Shown: positions 37,148 through 49,568 of the stretch, piece after piece
Layout of the letters: each line of letters begins with the position of its first letter
Position numbering within the stretch: position 1 is the first letter of the stretch
From: Azolla caroliniana
Lineage: Eukaryota; Plantae; Polypodiophyta
Length of the DNA stretch: 64,000 bases
Assembly (NCBI GenBank): GCA_043228905.1
Contig: JBHGNT010000008.1
Coordinates: 10,168,001-10,232,000 of the forward strand
Direction of reading: 5' to 3'
Notes under the pieces: model-generated
Told to the model about the DNA's origin: nothing
What the model saw: the letters and a program-made list of their open reading frames with translations, nothing else
The model's database searches: none
Program-made: the position numbers and the translations under genes

Positions 37148-39330
37148 TGCCAAATACGGGTGCATATTGGCCGTATTCACAATGTCCCTTTGGACAAACT
37201 AGGTTTAGGAAAATTCTGTAAATATGTCAAAGGGCAGTTGCCCTAGCCCAGTTAGTATATAACTAGCTTCGTAACCTAGTTCAGAGAGAGGTTGAGAGTA
37301 TCGTTCTTGTATTGTAACTTTTGGATTAAGACTGTTACATTGTGCGCCTCCTTATCTCTTTTTCACACTCTATCTCCTTGATCTTGTTTAATTTGTTAAC
37401 TTGGTGATCTTCTTAGCATAGATATTGTTCTTGTTTCCACACTAACGATCTCAGACTCCACCATCTGGTATCAGAGCCTCGTTCTTCAACTCACTACCGA
37501 CCGTCATCTATTTCCAACAACATCCTTGCCCCTATCTTCTTGAAGACCCTAAGTTTGGCAACCATCAAGAGAAGAGAAGAAAGACACTAGTTGTACTACA
37601 CTCCACCGAGCTAGATCACATCCCAAGTAGGCCAATCACCCATACCTCGTTCCTATGATCGTAGCCACTCGAAGTGGAACCTACTTCAAACAAGTCTCAT
37701 TTGTGTCTCATCAGCTTAAACAACATTTGGATTGGCCAGTCGGCGTTGCCCACTTAATTGTTGCAACCAATCAAAACATAATGGACTTTAGATCTGACAT
37801 CATTTGTGCTCCATCCGGCCAGAAGAGAGTTGGGAAGACCAACTGGCTCTGTTGAACTCCCTTTATCATATCCACTCGGAGTAGAATTGTCACTGAAAAT
37901 GGCACACTAACACTGTGATTGACATTTTGATCGGGCTAATCCGTGCTTAATTTGGCTAGGCAACATTCGGGAAGATCAGTCGATTCTATCCCTCTAGCTA
38001 TTGTAGCCACTCCAAGTAGGATCAACGACCAAATCAAATAGGCAATCCAATCGGCACGATTCATGCTCAATTCGGCTAAGTATCACAACAGAGAGAATAG
38101 TCGGTTCTACTACACACTTGGTCGTAGCCACTTCGAGCAGAATTGACCAAACAGTCGATTAAGTTTGTGTCCAAATCGACTAGATCAAATTTGGGTGAAT
38201 CAGCCGGTTGCACCCTCCTACTGATCATAGCCACCTCTGGACAGAACTTTCTGACTAGTTGAATCACATGTAAATGGCCTCAACATACGGCTCATCAGAG
38301 ATGAGTTGAAGGAAGTTCGACGGATCGAACGTCAATTTTTGGAAGAACATATGTAAGACTATATGATAATCAATGTTTAGATCGACCCAATTGAAATAGA
38401 AAACACTCCAGAAGGATATAAGTCAAATGAGTGGATGAAGCTAGACACAATTGTTTGTGCCACCATTCAGGTGCACTTGTCAGAGTCGTACTTCGCAGTG
38501 CAATTGTGTTCGACTGCCTTCCAACTATGGAAGACACTCTTGGACACTTATGTAAAGAAGCTCGCCGCAACAAAAGTATATCTAATCCGACATCTCTACA
38601 ACCTTCAGATGAAAGAATCCAACTTGGTCCAAGCACGCCTCAACAAGTACGAAAGCCTAAGCTCCCAAATCTCAGCCCAGGGGGCTACAATCGAAGACGA
38701 ATTAAAAATAATGTTGATTAAAAATAATGTTGCTAATGAGTAGTCCCCCTCCTTCTTGGGAAACTTTCGTCACAATTGTGTGCAATGCGTCAACTACTAC
38801 AGTAAAGTACTCCTAAGTCACACGCTCAATCCTAATTGAAGCAGCTCGGAGGAAATCATTTGCAAACAATTCGGCCAGTGACACCTACATAGTACAAGGT
38901 TCAGCTGACCGACCGAACAGTTGAGGAAGAAGTTCTTCCCAACCACCGACAAACCAACGAAGCCGAAGGAAGTCTCGGGATAATCGAACCTACAACTATT
39001 GCAAGAAACCCGAGCATATCAATGCTGATTGCCGCGCCCTCAAAGCAAAGAATGACAAAGCTCAGAGAGCTAATTACAAGGGTGGTCGACAGGAGGAGGT
39101 CAACTACGTTAGCTCATCAACCGAAGTATTGATAGAAGACCCTAATATACTCTTCATTGAAAACCCAGTCGAATAAGAAGTTTTGCTTACAACGGAGGTA
39201 TCGAGCACATGGCTCCTATATTCAGGCGTGTCCTATCATGTGAACCCTCATAGATCCCAATTTTGGCAATATTCAAACCGGCATTCCGACTTAGTAGGAG
39301 TCGGAAATTCGCAACATTGCGCGATAGTGG
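37148..39330 (+). mobile_element. Older truncated relative of the Tork-like copia (5' LTR, PBS, degenerate gag and protease)
   Basis: LTR 37148-37463 resembles the young LTR start; PBS 37466-77; gag from 38274 (MAST.GSSEMS.RKFDGSN) with stops. Confidence 0.88.
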
Positions 39331-41336
39331 TGTGAAGATTAGTGTGCGGAAGCTAGAAACAGACACAACCGCCTCAACCGAATAGCAACAGAAAACACAC
39401 CGAGAATCAATGGAGAACACACAGAGAATATAGAGTACGTGGGAGAGACAGAGAGAGCAGAACACAGAAAAACTCTATTTCAAAATAACACTTTGTACAT
39501 ACAAATGTGCTTAATGAACACTTTTATATAAGTCCATAAAGGACGGTCAAAAGTACTGACAAGAACTTCAATGCTCATAACTGAGCTATTGACACTAACT
39601 CCCAAAAATATGTGGGAAATAATGCATGAAAGCAAGTGAGAGACCTGTCTGTGAATGTGCACAACAAACAACACAGAGAATGTGACAGAGTATATGATTG
39701 AACCGTAGACACAGTTCGAGCTCAAATGGAAGCTTTCTCTATTTCTTTTCTCTCACTCTATGAGACTAAAAAATGTATACGTGAATACTCAAGTCACACT
39801 CTATATTTACAACGTTAGGTCATAACTTATATATTAAGCCCTAACTCTTTGGACGTGTTCACATTAGGATACAAAGTGGAAGGAGTCGGCTCGTTATGCC
39901 AACAAACTCCCCCGTAACGGAGTTACTACACTTTCCTACATGTACACGTGATTGGGGTTATCTCCCCCATAAACCTAGTTCAAAAAATTAATCTAAATTT
40001 ATATTACAAGTCAATCGGCATAAAGCCGAGTTGGTGAAGCTGAAGTCGATGTCTAGCCTAATTCGGCTAGCCTCAAGGTTCAGCTGGCTCGAGTTGGTCG
40101 AATCAACGTGTTTGAATTGTCCTTCATTCGAATAGGTATGATTATTGAAATCGGCTTGTGTTCGATTCTCGATTTCGGCCTTGTGTCCATTGTTCGTAGC
40201 TCGCTCGTTTCTACTCATGTGCTCCTCGCTGGAGCCTTGATCTGTATCTGAGTTTGTTCACCTCTCGATCGTTTCCTTTCCAGTCGGTATCCTCACTCAA
40301 TGCTATTTCTTCAGCCCCTTGTGTTTTTGAACGTGTCGATTTCGCTCTTTTCGTGATTCTGTTCAGGTTGGTTTTCGACTTTCCTTTTGCTCCTCATTCG
40401 GCTTTCTTTTGCTTGGTCACTTGTCCTAGTCCCATCTTTGTCCTTGGTGTTCCGAAGCATTGATCTAGGAGTGGTTTCGTCAAGCAATCCATGATGTTCA
40501 CCTCGGTGTCGATCTTCCGAACTTCGAGCTTCTTTTCGGTTATCAGCTCTCGGATGTGATGATATTGCACCTCAATATGCTTTGTCTTCACGTGATAGAC
40601 AGGGTTGATGAGGTGTATTGCACTCTGTGAGTCGCAATAGATGGTCGACACTTGTCGATCGATTCAGCTCGTAGCCGAAAAGTTGGTAGTTAGTCGGTGT
40701 AGTCAGATCGCTTCCTTCACTGCCTCCGACACTACTATGTACTCCGCCTTTGTGGTAGACAGGTCTGTGCACTCTTGGAGCTTTGACCTCCATGATACAG
40801 CTGCACCATCATAGGTGAAGATGTAGCCTAATGTCGACTTCCGATTATCCGAATTCCCAGCGAAATCAGAGTCGGTGTAGCCTTCAACTGCAGTTAAGTT
40901 TGCTGGTCCGAAAGTCAGTTGTGCATCTTCGGTTCCTTTTAGGTACTTGAAAATGTGTTTGAAGGCCTCCCAATGCTTCCGTCCTGGATTTGACATGTAC
41001 TTGTTGACGACCCCCGAGGCATATGCAAGATCGGGTCTGGTTGCCACCATCATGTACATGATACTTCCTATTGTCAATGCATAGGGTATCTTTCCATTGA
41101 GCACTCTCTCCTTATCAGTCAAAGGAGAGTCTGTGTCCGATAGTCGAATTGATGTCAGAAGCGGAGTTGGTGTTGGCTTCGCGTTTTCCATATTGAAGCA
41201 CCTCAACACCTTTTGGATGTAGTCAGACTGGGAGAGTCATACAGTCTTCGTCTTCTGATTTCACTCGATCCTCATGCCCAATATGTGTTGGGCTTGTCCG
41301 AGTTCCTTCATCGTGAACTTGTCGTGAAGGCGCCTT
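39331..41336 (-). mobile_element. 3' part of a copia element (RT end, RNase H, PPT, 3' LTR 39331-39904)
   Basis: GSIMYMMVATRPDL, YTDSDFAG, TKHIEVQYHHIRE; CTCCCCC PPT at 39907-13; TG...CA LTR. Confidence 0.88.
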
Positions 41337-43165
41337 ATGTTATGTTGCTGGAGCGTGGAACCCATCACTACCTCGTAAGAGCGTGAGACTATAACATGTT
41401 ACAAAAGCGCGGTTGGGGGCTAGGAGGTGAAGGGCACCGCACGAACTCTTCTATAGTATCACACGAGAGAAGCTTGCCCACCTGACGAATCAAAGTTCCA
41501 ATCAACTGGCCACTTGGTTAACCTATGCCTCAAGCAAGCACAATGGAAATGCTGGCGTTGGTGTGCTTCTTGCCTATCGAGATTAAGCAGCGACAAGGTC
41601 TAGATTGGAGGAGCTGGAAACAACTGCATGAAAGACGATTACTCAACTCAACCCGTTGCTTGGCTTGGGGAAAATTAACGAAACGATATCCCGATACACC
41701 AAAACCATAGGCTGTATCGGCGAGATCCAAAGGTGAGCTAGATCCCCGACTGGAAGTCATAGGACCTTTAGTACCCACTACAACATTCCGTGCGTGCCAC
41801 TTTGGCTTTTATGTGACAAGCTAACCATGCAAGAAGAGCGGCTCGAAAACCTGCCTAAAGGTGGGGAAATGGGGCACAACAAAAGCTCCTTCACCTCATT
41901 CCGTTCAGGAAAGGGATAACCAGGAGCGCGCGGGTCTTTGACCCCGAACAAAGCCTTTGGCCTTTGCTCACGGAGCGAACTAACAAATTTCATTCTTTCA
42001 AGGGAACTTGCCGGATGGTAGTCCACCATCTTCACCTGCGGCGGAGAAAACCAAAGAAAGTTCCTTGTTCTCTTCTCGGCCTGAGAAAGCATTGGCAACA
42101 ACAGAAAGGAAGGGGTCTATCTATCTAATACCCGCTTTTACTGAGTAGGTTTTATCCATCCAAAATCCACTGCCGAATTAATTCCCGGTGACCTTATCCG
42201 ACAACGTGTGGAATGGCTGAAAGCGGCAGCGGACTCTCGGGTATATATAATCCAAGTGTTGTAGGGTTAGAGAGCCGTATGATGGGTGACCATCACGTAC
42301 AATTTGGGAATTCTTTGAACTCTTCGCTAGGCAAACAACGAGTGAACGTCAACTTTCTTTGTTGCACAGCTCAGTTAATGATTTACTTTCGACCCTATAT
42401 GTGTGGGAACCTAATGTATATGAGGGTTTACCTACTTTGGTTACAACATTTTTTTCCATTGCACCTAAAATATCTATTCCTGCCAATATGTTATGTGTTT
42501 CTCCCTATAGTTTCCATGATCTAACATGGTAACAACTCTTCCTTTTCTGCAACGTCGCTTTCATGATCCTAGGAGCACTGGCCGCTATGGCCTAAAAAGA
42601 AGTAAAAAGACTTTCAACTTATAGCTCTATTGGACATGTAGGTTATCTTTCAATTAGTTTTTCACGTGGAATCACAGAAGGAATTTAATCACCACTAATT
42701 GGTATCTCTATTCATATATCAATGATCATTAATGTATTCGCTATAGTTTTAGCATTACGTTAAACCAATGTCAAATATATTGTGGATTCTGGTGCTTTAG
42801 CCAAAACTAATCTTATTTCAGCTATTACTCTGTCCGTTACTATGTTTCTATATGCAGGAATACTCTTGTTAGCAGGCTTTTGTAGCAAATTCCATTTGTT
42901 CTTTACCGCCCTGAGATGTGGGGCTAATTTACTAGGTTTAATAGGGGTAGTTATGAGTGTCATCAGTCGTTGGGCGGCCAGAAGGGGTTGTCTAGAGTCA
43001 GTGTAAAAGACCTGCAAGTAGGCAGGGTCGTGCACCGGACGTGTAGCTTACCAAAACTTCGCAGGACAGATGGAGAGAACTCATCTACGAAAGGGCAAGT
43101 GAGGGGGTGCCGCTAGGATCTCATGAACCTACCCAAGATCCTTGTATGAGTCCGCTGCTATTGTT
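41337..43165 (+). other. nad2: NUMT: mitochondrial nad2 region (3' part of intron i709, exon, 5' start of intron i1282)
   Basis: Group II domain V GAGCCGTATGATGGGTGACCATCACGTAC.. at 42271 and intron end CCCTAT at 42398; nad2 exon; next intron starts GGGCG at 42972; flanked by nuclear retroelements. Outer boundaries approximate. Confidence 0.9.
42399..42971 (+). pseudogene. nad2: nad2 exon (573 nt, CDS positions 710-1282), unedited form
   Basis: W.P.VYEG.PT, APKISI, VKR..YSSIGHVGY and LAGFCSKF motifs; length equals the i709-to-i1282 interval; four in-frame TAA codons. Confidence 0.93.
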
Positions 43166-45942
43166 ACCCGGACAAAGTGGGGAATGGTCGGAATTGGAAG
43201 CGTTGGAGTTAGAGTCGAAGTCAAAGTCGGATCGATGAGTCATCATTTTGGCTAAATAATAGTTAATACCTAAAATTATAGTTAGTTACAAGTTTTGTAG
43301 TTCTTGCTGATAGGGCAATATGTATTTCTTGATGAGGAAGTCATTCAGGTTGCCTGTAAAAAGGAACCGAAGGCATGGTAAAATCTATCGTTTTACTTTT
43401 AGTAATATAAGTTTAGTTGTAGGAAATCTTGGTGTGTAGCTGTTTATTTTTTGTTATCTATTTCCCCTCTGCTGCAACTGTATTACGTAAGTAACGATCT
43501 CGATGTCTGTGTAACATCGATAAGATTACAGTAACTTAATATCTATTTGCACAACCACAATTCTTTGGTAGAACGTTTAGTACGAAACGTTCGAACTCTG
43601 CTGTGTGTTGGCAACCGAGTCGGTTGTCGGCTGAACAACACAATATAATTTTGGCACGCCTGATTACATATGCAATTAGCAGAGAACAAGTCGAATGGTA
43701 TCTTCGTCTGGTCCGTATACACCAGTCGATCATAAACGTCCTTGCACACGTTCGGTTACAAACTGTGTCGAAGAGGATTATGCTGCGGTGGTACAACAAG
43801 AAACAAGTCGGAGGTGGTCTTCAGTTCCCGACTTAATTGACAGTCAGTCAGACGGAGATTAGTCTGAAGAGGTCTCATTTTACGATATCTGGAGTGAAGA
43901 CGATATGCCTTACCCTTACTCGAAATTTCGAGAAGGCGCTAATGTAGAAGCGCATATTAAGGATTTCTTAACAACATGGGAAATAAACCATGGAGCTCAG
44001 CGACTATCGGCTGTAGCCGAGGATAAGTCTAAAATAGCTGAGTTTGTTTTGTCATTAGATGGTCAGTTGGCAAATTGGTTTGCTCAGAATGGTTTCCGAG
44101 CGTTTGAAACATTCGAACAATTAACCAAAAAGTTTCTTCAATTGTTTCATCGACAGATTCCTCAGAAGGATTTGATAGCTCAATTTTATGCATTATATCA
44201 AGAATTCAATGAAACGGTGTCACAATTTGTCATTCACTTTCAGAATCTACAATTACAAATTTCCAAGACAATTCCGGATAACGAACTAAAGGATATATTT
44301 CTCGAGGCAATTCGGGAACCACTACGAACAACATTAGCGGTGTTCGATTTCCGAAGTCAGTCAATTGAGCAAGTGATTGATAAGGCCATTACTATGGGTC
44401 GAAACCCAAAAGATGTAAGAAGTATGGATATGTCGGCATTGCATCATACTTTACGAACTATGGAAGAATTACAGTTTCGCCAAGCATGTACAGTGTACTA
44501 CTTGTTTGAATACTGGGCATTCGACAATCGAGTGTAGTTTACGTACACATTGCACAATCTATCACTCTAAGGCCCATTCAGTAGAACAATGTGAATATAA
44601 TTTGCTTAACAAAGCAACAGCGCCGGTACGGCAAATTTTTCTGGAAAATGGTTACCAAGATAACCGTAATAGGTTCAATAATAGGTATTAGGAGGATGAC
44701 CAGTATGATAATCGGAATTATTCGGAAAGGAGACCGAACAATGACTGGAATGAATATAGGAGAAATGATAATCAAGGTCCAACAGAGGATGCCCGACAGT
44801 ATGATTATCAACAGAATCGAGATCAGGATTTTTCAGCACCGTAGGATAACAATCGTCAACAACAACAAGGAGGTTGTTATCACAATAAACAGAATTTGGC
44901 CCAACAACAAAAAATTCTATAATCCAAAAGCGTCACGGCAATTTCAACATGATTCTCAGCAAGAACATCCGGATGAATGTCCCCAATATGAACAGGGTGA
45001 AGGCAGTGGATCATTCACTCCTAACTGTTATATTTGCAGGAAAGATGGACATTATGCAAATCAATGTCCGTCTAAAATCAAAGGAAAAACACTTGTCGTT
45101 AATATGGTGATACCGGAAATTTAGCAGGTCATTACCAGAAGTAAAGGTAAACAATCAGAATGGGAAATCCAGGAAGTTGTTAGAAAAGTAGCCAAGGAAT
45201 GGGTGGAAGAAGCAAATAAAAATAATGTGTCCAGGATGCTGCAGGACAATGAGGTAAACCAAGTTAACGAGCTACCTGGAGCAATGGCCATATAGGAACA
45301 TGAGGAAGCTTGGAAAATCTTGGCTGATTGCCAAGTATCATTACCCTTGACGGGATTACTGAAATTAGTTCCACGGTTTACGCAGAAAGTGGCAACTTTG
45401 ATTGCCCAGAGAGGGATAGAACAGGTAGCAGTTAATTATAGTCAGCCAAGTAATAGTTCGATAGTTAAGGATGAGCATAATCCATCAATAAGAGTGATAA
45501 TACATGGCCAAGAAAAAGATGGTGCTATTGTAGATGGTGGATAAGGAGTAAATGTAATTAACAAAACTACTTGTGACAAGCTTGGTATCACTAAATGGAA
45601 AGTATGTCCATTCTGGTTGAGAATGGCTGATACCAGTACGGTGCGACCGATCGGATTAATTAGGCAATTAGATTTCATTTTAGGTGGTCACACTTTTCAA
45701 ATATCAACAGTAGTGCTCCATTTGGAGGCTCCTGGGGCATATCCTTTGCTATTAAGGTGGCCATGGTTAAAGACTGCCAATATTAAGCAAAATTGGAATC
45801 ATAATTTATTAACATTCCGGAAAGGAAAAAATAAAATTTGAGTATCCACCCACAATAAGATAACTACAAGTAGGCAATGTTTGTCAGTTCATGCAGAGGG
45901 AGTCAATATGATGGAAGGATTGGACGAAATGCAGGAGATAAT

Positions 45943-46241
45943 TATTTTGATGATAACCCAACAATTATTCCCTTGTTCAAAGTGGACATATTACAAGCTC
46001 TTACATCATATGTTGATCCACAGGATGACGCACCACTTGATGATCAAACAATGAAAGAAATCCACCTTTAGCAGGAGACTACCATAAAAGAAATGAAAGT
46101 ATTTTGATGATAACCCAAAAATTATTCCCTTGTTCAAAGTGGACATATTACAAGCTCTTACATCATATGTTGATCCACAGGATGACGCACCACGTGATGA
46201 TCAAACAATGAAAGAAATCCGCCTTCAGCAGGAGACTACCA
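45943..46241. repeat. Tandem duplication, 157-bp period, with 15-bp filler
   Basis: TATTTTGATGATAACCCA at 45943 and 46100. Confidence 0.9.
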
Positions 46242-46649
46242 AAATTTATCTCAATGAGTCCAAGCTTTGGCATTGGAGGAGATCAATTTAGTTGGGGAAG
46301 ATAAGACGCTTGAACCAAAAACAATACTGATCGCCAAGGATATGTTGTTAGCTGACAAGAAATGATTAATCGGCTTACTCAAATAGTATAAGGATGTGTT
46401 CGCCTGGTCCTTCAAAGACATGAAAGGATTCGATCTAGCTTTCTGTCAACACCAAATTAATCTGCATAAAGATGTGAAGCCGGTTCAACAACGCAGGTAT
46501 CGTCTGAATCCAAATTATGCAATTAAGGTCAAAGAAGAAATAGATAAACTACTTAAAGTAGGGTTTATTCGTCCTGTAAAAAAAGCTACATGGCTGAGCC
46601 CGATTGTAGTTGTACAGAAAAAGAATGGAAAGATTCGGGTATGTGTCAA

Positions 46650-46852
46650 CTATCGGAAGCTTAATGCAACAACAATAACGGACGCATTTCCATTACCGTT
46701 TACGAACGGTATATTGGATGCAGTGGCTGGTCACGAAATGTACAGTTTTCTATTGGAAGCTTAATGCAACAACAATAACGGACACATTTCCATTACCTTT
46801 TATGAACGGTATATTGGATGTAGTGGCTGGTCACGAAATGTACAATTTTCTA
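46650..46852. repeat. Tandem duplication, 100-bp period, inside RT
   Basis: CTAT(C/T)GGAAGCTTAATGCAAC at 46650 and 46750; CTA microhomology. Confidence 0.9.
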
Positions 46853-48549
46853 GATGGCTTTAGCGAGTATAATCGGGTAAGAATGCATCCGGATGACCAA
46901 GAAAAGACAGCCTTTGTCACCGAATGGGGGGGTATTTGTGGCGGTCCTAATGATGTTCGGGTTAAAAATAGCCCTAGCCATATTTCAAAGAGTCATACAT
47001 GAAATTTTTGCTGAATACATTCCAGCATTCATGGAAGTTTTCTTGGATGATTTTGCTGTCTACAGTCGAAAGTCACAACATTTCGAACATTTGCAATTAT
47101 GTTTGGAACGATGTCGGAAAGGTCGGCTTAGCTTGAATCTGGCAAAATGCGTGTTCGGAGTTACGAGTGGAGCATTATTAGGACACATTGTCAGTCAAGA
47201 AGGAATTGCAGTTGCCCCATACAAGGTCAAAGTTGTATTAGATGCAACAACACCAACCAATTCTAAGAGCCTTGGTCATTTTTTAGGGCAAATTAGATGG
47301 CATAGCAGAATGATCAGATATCTTGTTGATGTTGCCATTCCCTTACATACAACGGTACATAAAACACCTTTCCAATGGGCGAATGTGGAGCAGGATGCAT
47401 ACGAGTGCCTTAGGAAGATGCTTTCTAGAGTTCCAGTTGTGCAACCACCTGATTAGAACAAACCATTTCATGTGTTTGTCGATGCATGCGATGTAGCAAT
47501 CGGAAGTGCACTAATGCAGTTATCCAAACCAAGCTGGTACAAACCAGTTTACTATGCTAATCGGAAACTATCCACAACAGAAAGGAATTATTCGAAAACT
47601 GAAAGGGAAGCTCTGGGAATGATTTACATTATCAACAAATTTCGAAACTACCTTCTAGGGAAGAAATTTACATTCCATGTGGATCACTCTGCTTTACTAT
47701 ATTTGGTATCCAAACAGGAATTAACCGGCAAACTAGCACGCTAGATGCTATTACTTCAGGAATTTGAATTTGACATTCTGCATAGACTAGGAGTGCAACA
47801 TGCCGTCGCAGATTACCTTAGCCGATTAGAGTCGGGAGAAAAGGTATAGGAGTTAAAGATGATTTTCCAGATGGCCAACTCTTTCGAGTAGAGACGACAC
47901 GACTGGAGGAAATAAATGAGGAAATAGAGGATGCTTGGATTACAGAAATGACAATTTTTCTTACAACAGGGTTAACAACCGAGCATCTATCAACGAACAA
48001 AAGAAAACGGTTAACGGTTCGCAGCCAAAATTTCTATCTTTTAAATGACACTTTGTATCATAAAGGAGCTGATGGAATTTGGCGACGAGCAGTAAGAAAA
48101 TTTGAGAAAGAGTTAATTCTTCAGGAATCTCACTGTGGTATTGTGGGAGGGCACTACGCTGGCAAAACTACTGCTCAGAAAATTTGGAACAGTGGGTTAT
48201 GGTGGCCGACAGTTATGAAGGATGTAGTCGAATACTGTCGGAAATGTGATTTATGTCAGAGGATGGGTCAACCTATGGAAAAAGACAAGATGCCATTTCA
48301 ACCCGTCTTGCCATTGGAACCATTCCAGAAATAGGGATTAGACTTTGTCAATCCATTTAAACTAGCAACAATTCGAGCAAGGAATCGATAAATCATAGTA
48401 GCCATTGATTATTGCACTAAGTGGGTAGAGTCTAAACCTTTACGGGATAACACGGCAGCATCGACAACAAAATTTCTATACGAAAGTATATGGTGCCAGT
48501 ATGGGTGTCCAATTGAATTGGTAAGTGACCAAGGTACACATTTTATTAA

Positions 48550-48862
48550 GGGAAAAGTACTAGGATACCCCTAGAAGTTCGTATATTTATCAGAATGCCC
48601 CTGGAAGTTCCAAATTTACCAAACTACCCCTATGTCCAAAAAATTACACTTTATAAAGTAATTATACACTCAAATCTACAAGCCCTATTTACCAAAGATG
48701 GAAGAAATGGACCCGAACTAGCCCTATTTACCAAAGATTTGAGTGTATAATTACTTTATAAAGCGTATTTTTTTGGACATAGGGGTAGTTGGGTAAATTT
48801 GGAACTTCCAGGGGCATTCTGGTAAATAGACGAACTTCCAAGGGTATCCTGGTACTTTTCCC
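48550..48862. mobile_element. Mutator-type MITE, 313 bp
   Basis: About 128-bp TIRs (GGGAAAAGTAC.../...GTACTTTTCCC); 9-bp TSD TTTTATTAA; the empty site restores integrase GTHFINKIV. Confidence 0.93.
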
Positions 48863-49147
48863 TTTTATTAATAAGATTGTACATGAATTATCTACATATT
48901 ATGCAGTGGTTCATAAGAAAAGTACTCCTTATTACCCTCAAGCCAATGGGCTAGCGGAGTTGACAAATAAAATGTTGCAAATGATACTCAAGAAAATAGT
49001 CAATAAAAATCGTACAAATTGGGATAAAAAACTGAATAGTGCCTTATGGGCATATAGGACTTCTATCAAATCGACTCCTTTTCATATGGCATTTGGGTTA
49101 GAAGCCGTGATGCCAGTAGAATTTCTGTCATGAACACATGACCATTA

Positions 49148-49213
49148 TGGCGTCACCCGGACTTGAACCTCGAACCTTATAATCCATACTTGAAAACCTC
49201 AACCATTAAGATA
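49148..49213 (-). other. Antisense tRNA-type A/B-box module in LTR U3 (also 54641-54706)
   Basis: Minus strand TATCTTAATGG ... GGTTCAAGTCC with box starts 44 nt apart, followed by GGGTGACGCCA. Confidence 0.55.
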
Positions 49214-49282
49214 GCTTATTGTTATATGAAACAATAAAAGCTACTTCTTGTATTACATTGATTATTGTAAAAACTCTAGATT

Positions 49283-49338
49283 ATTCTAGAATGTTCTAGA
49301 ATGTCCTAGAGCATTCTAGGTCTAGAACATTCTAGAAA
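49283..49338 (+). promoter_or_regulatory. Heat-shock-element-like array upstream of the LTR TATA box (also 54776-54820)
   Basis: TTCtaGAAtgTTCtaGAA... alternating nGAAn units; TATAAATA at 49363 and 54848. Confidence 0.6.
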
Positions 49339-49561
49339 TCTCTAAGCTATTCTATAGGAACCTATAAATAAGGGCATACATGTATTCTCAAATCAATTCG
49401 AATCAACACCAATCTTTAGCTCTCATTACATATCTTGTATCCATTCTCTTTCTTTCTCTATCTTATACATCCGTTCTTCTCTTAGTATTTGGTTCCTTTC
49501 TTCTCGTGTTCTCTAATATCCTTCTTCCATCACTCTATCTTTTATCCTTGGTTCTGACAGT

Positions 49562-49568
49562 TTGATTC

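Larger units (their letters stand above)
43170..49125 (+). mobile_element. Degenerate non-chromoviral Ty3 (Athila/Selgy-like): partial LTR, gag, PR, RT, RH, INT; 3' end lost
   Basis: PBS-like TGGCACGCC 43652; gag 43905; CYICRKDGHYANQC; IVDGG; DAFPLPF..ILDAVAGHEMY.FLDGFS; FVDACD; H-H-C-C and YYPQANG. Lineage is inference. Confidence 0.85.

Noticed and set aside
41525-42101. Intron maturase ORF in the NUMT
   Set aside because: The short ORFs have no recognisable RT or domain-X motifs.
42399-42971. Functional nuclear-transferred nad2
   Set aside because: It is a single unedited exon with stops and truncated group II introns, and has no targeting sequence.
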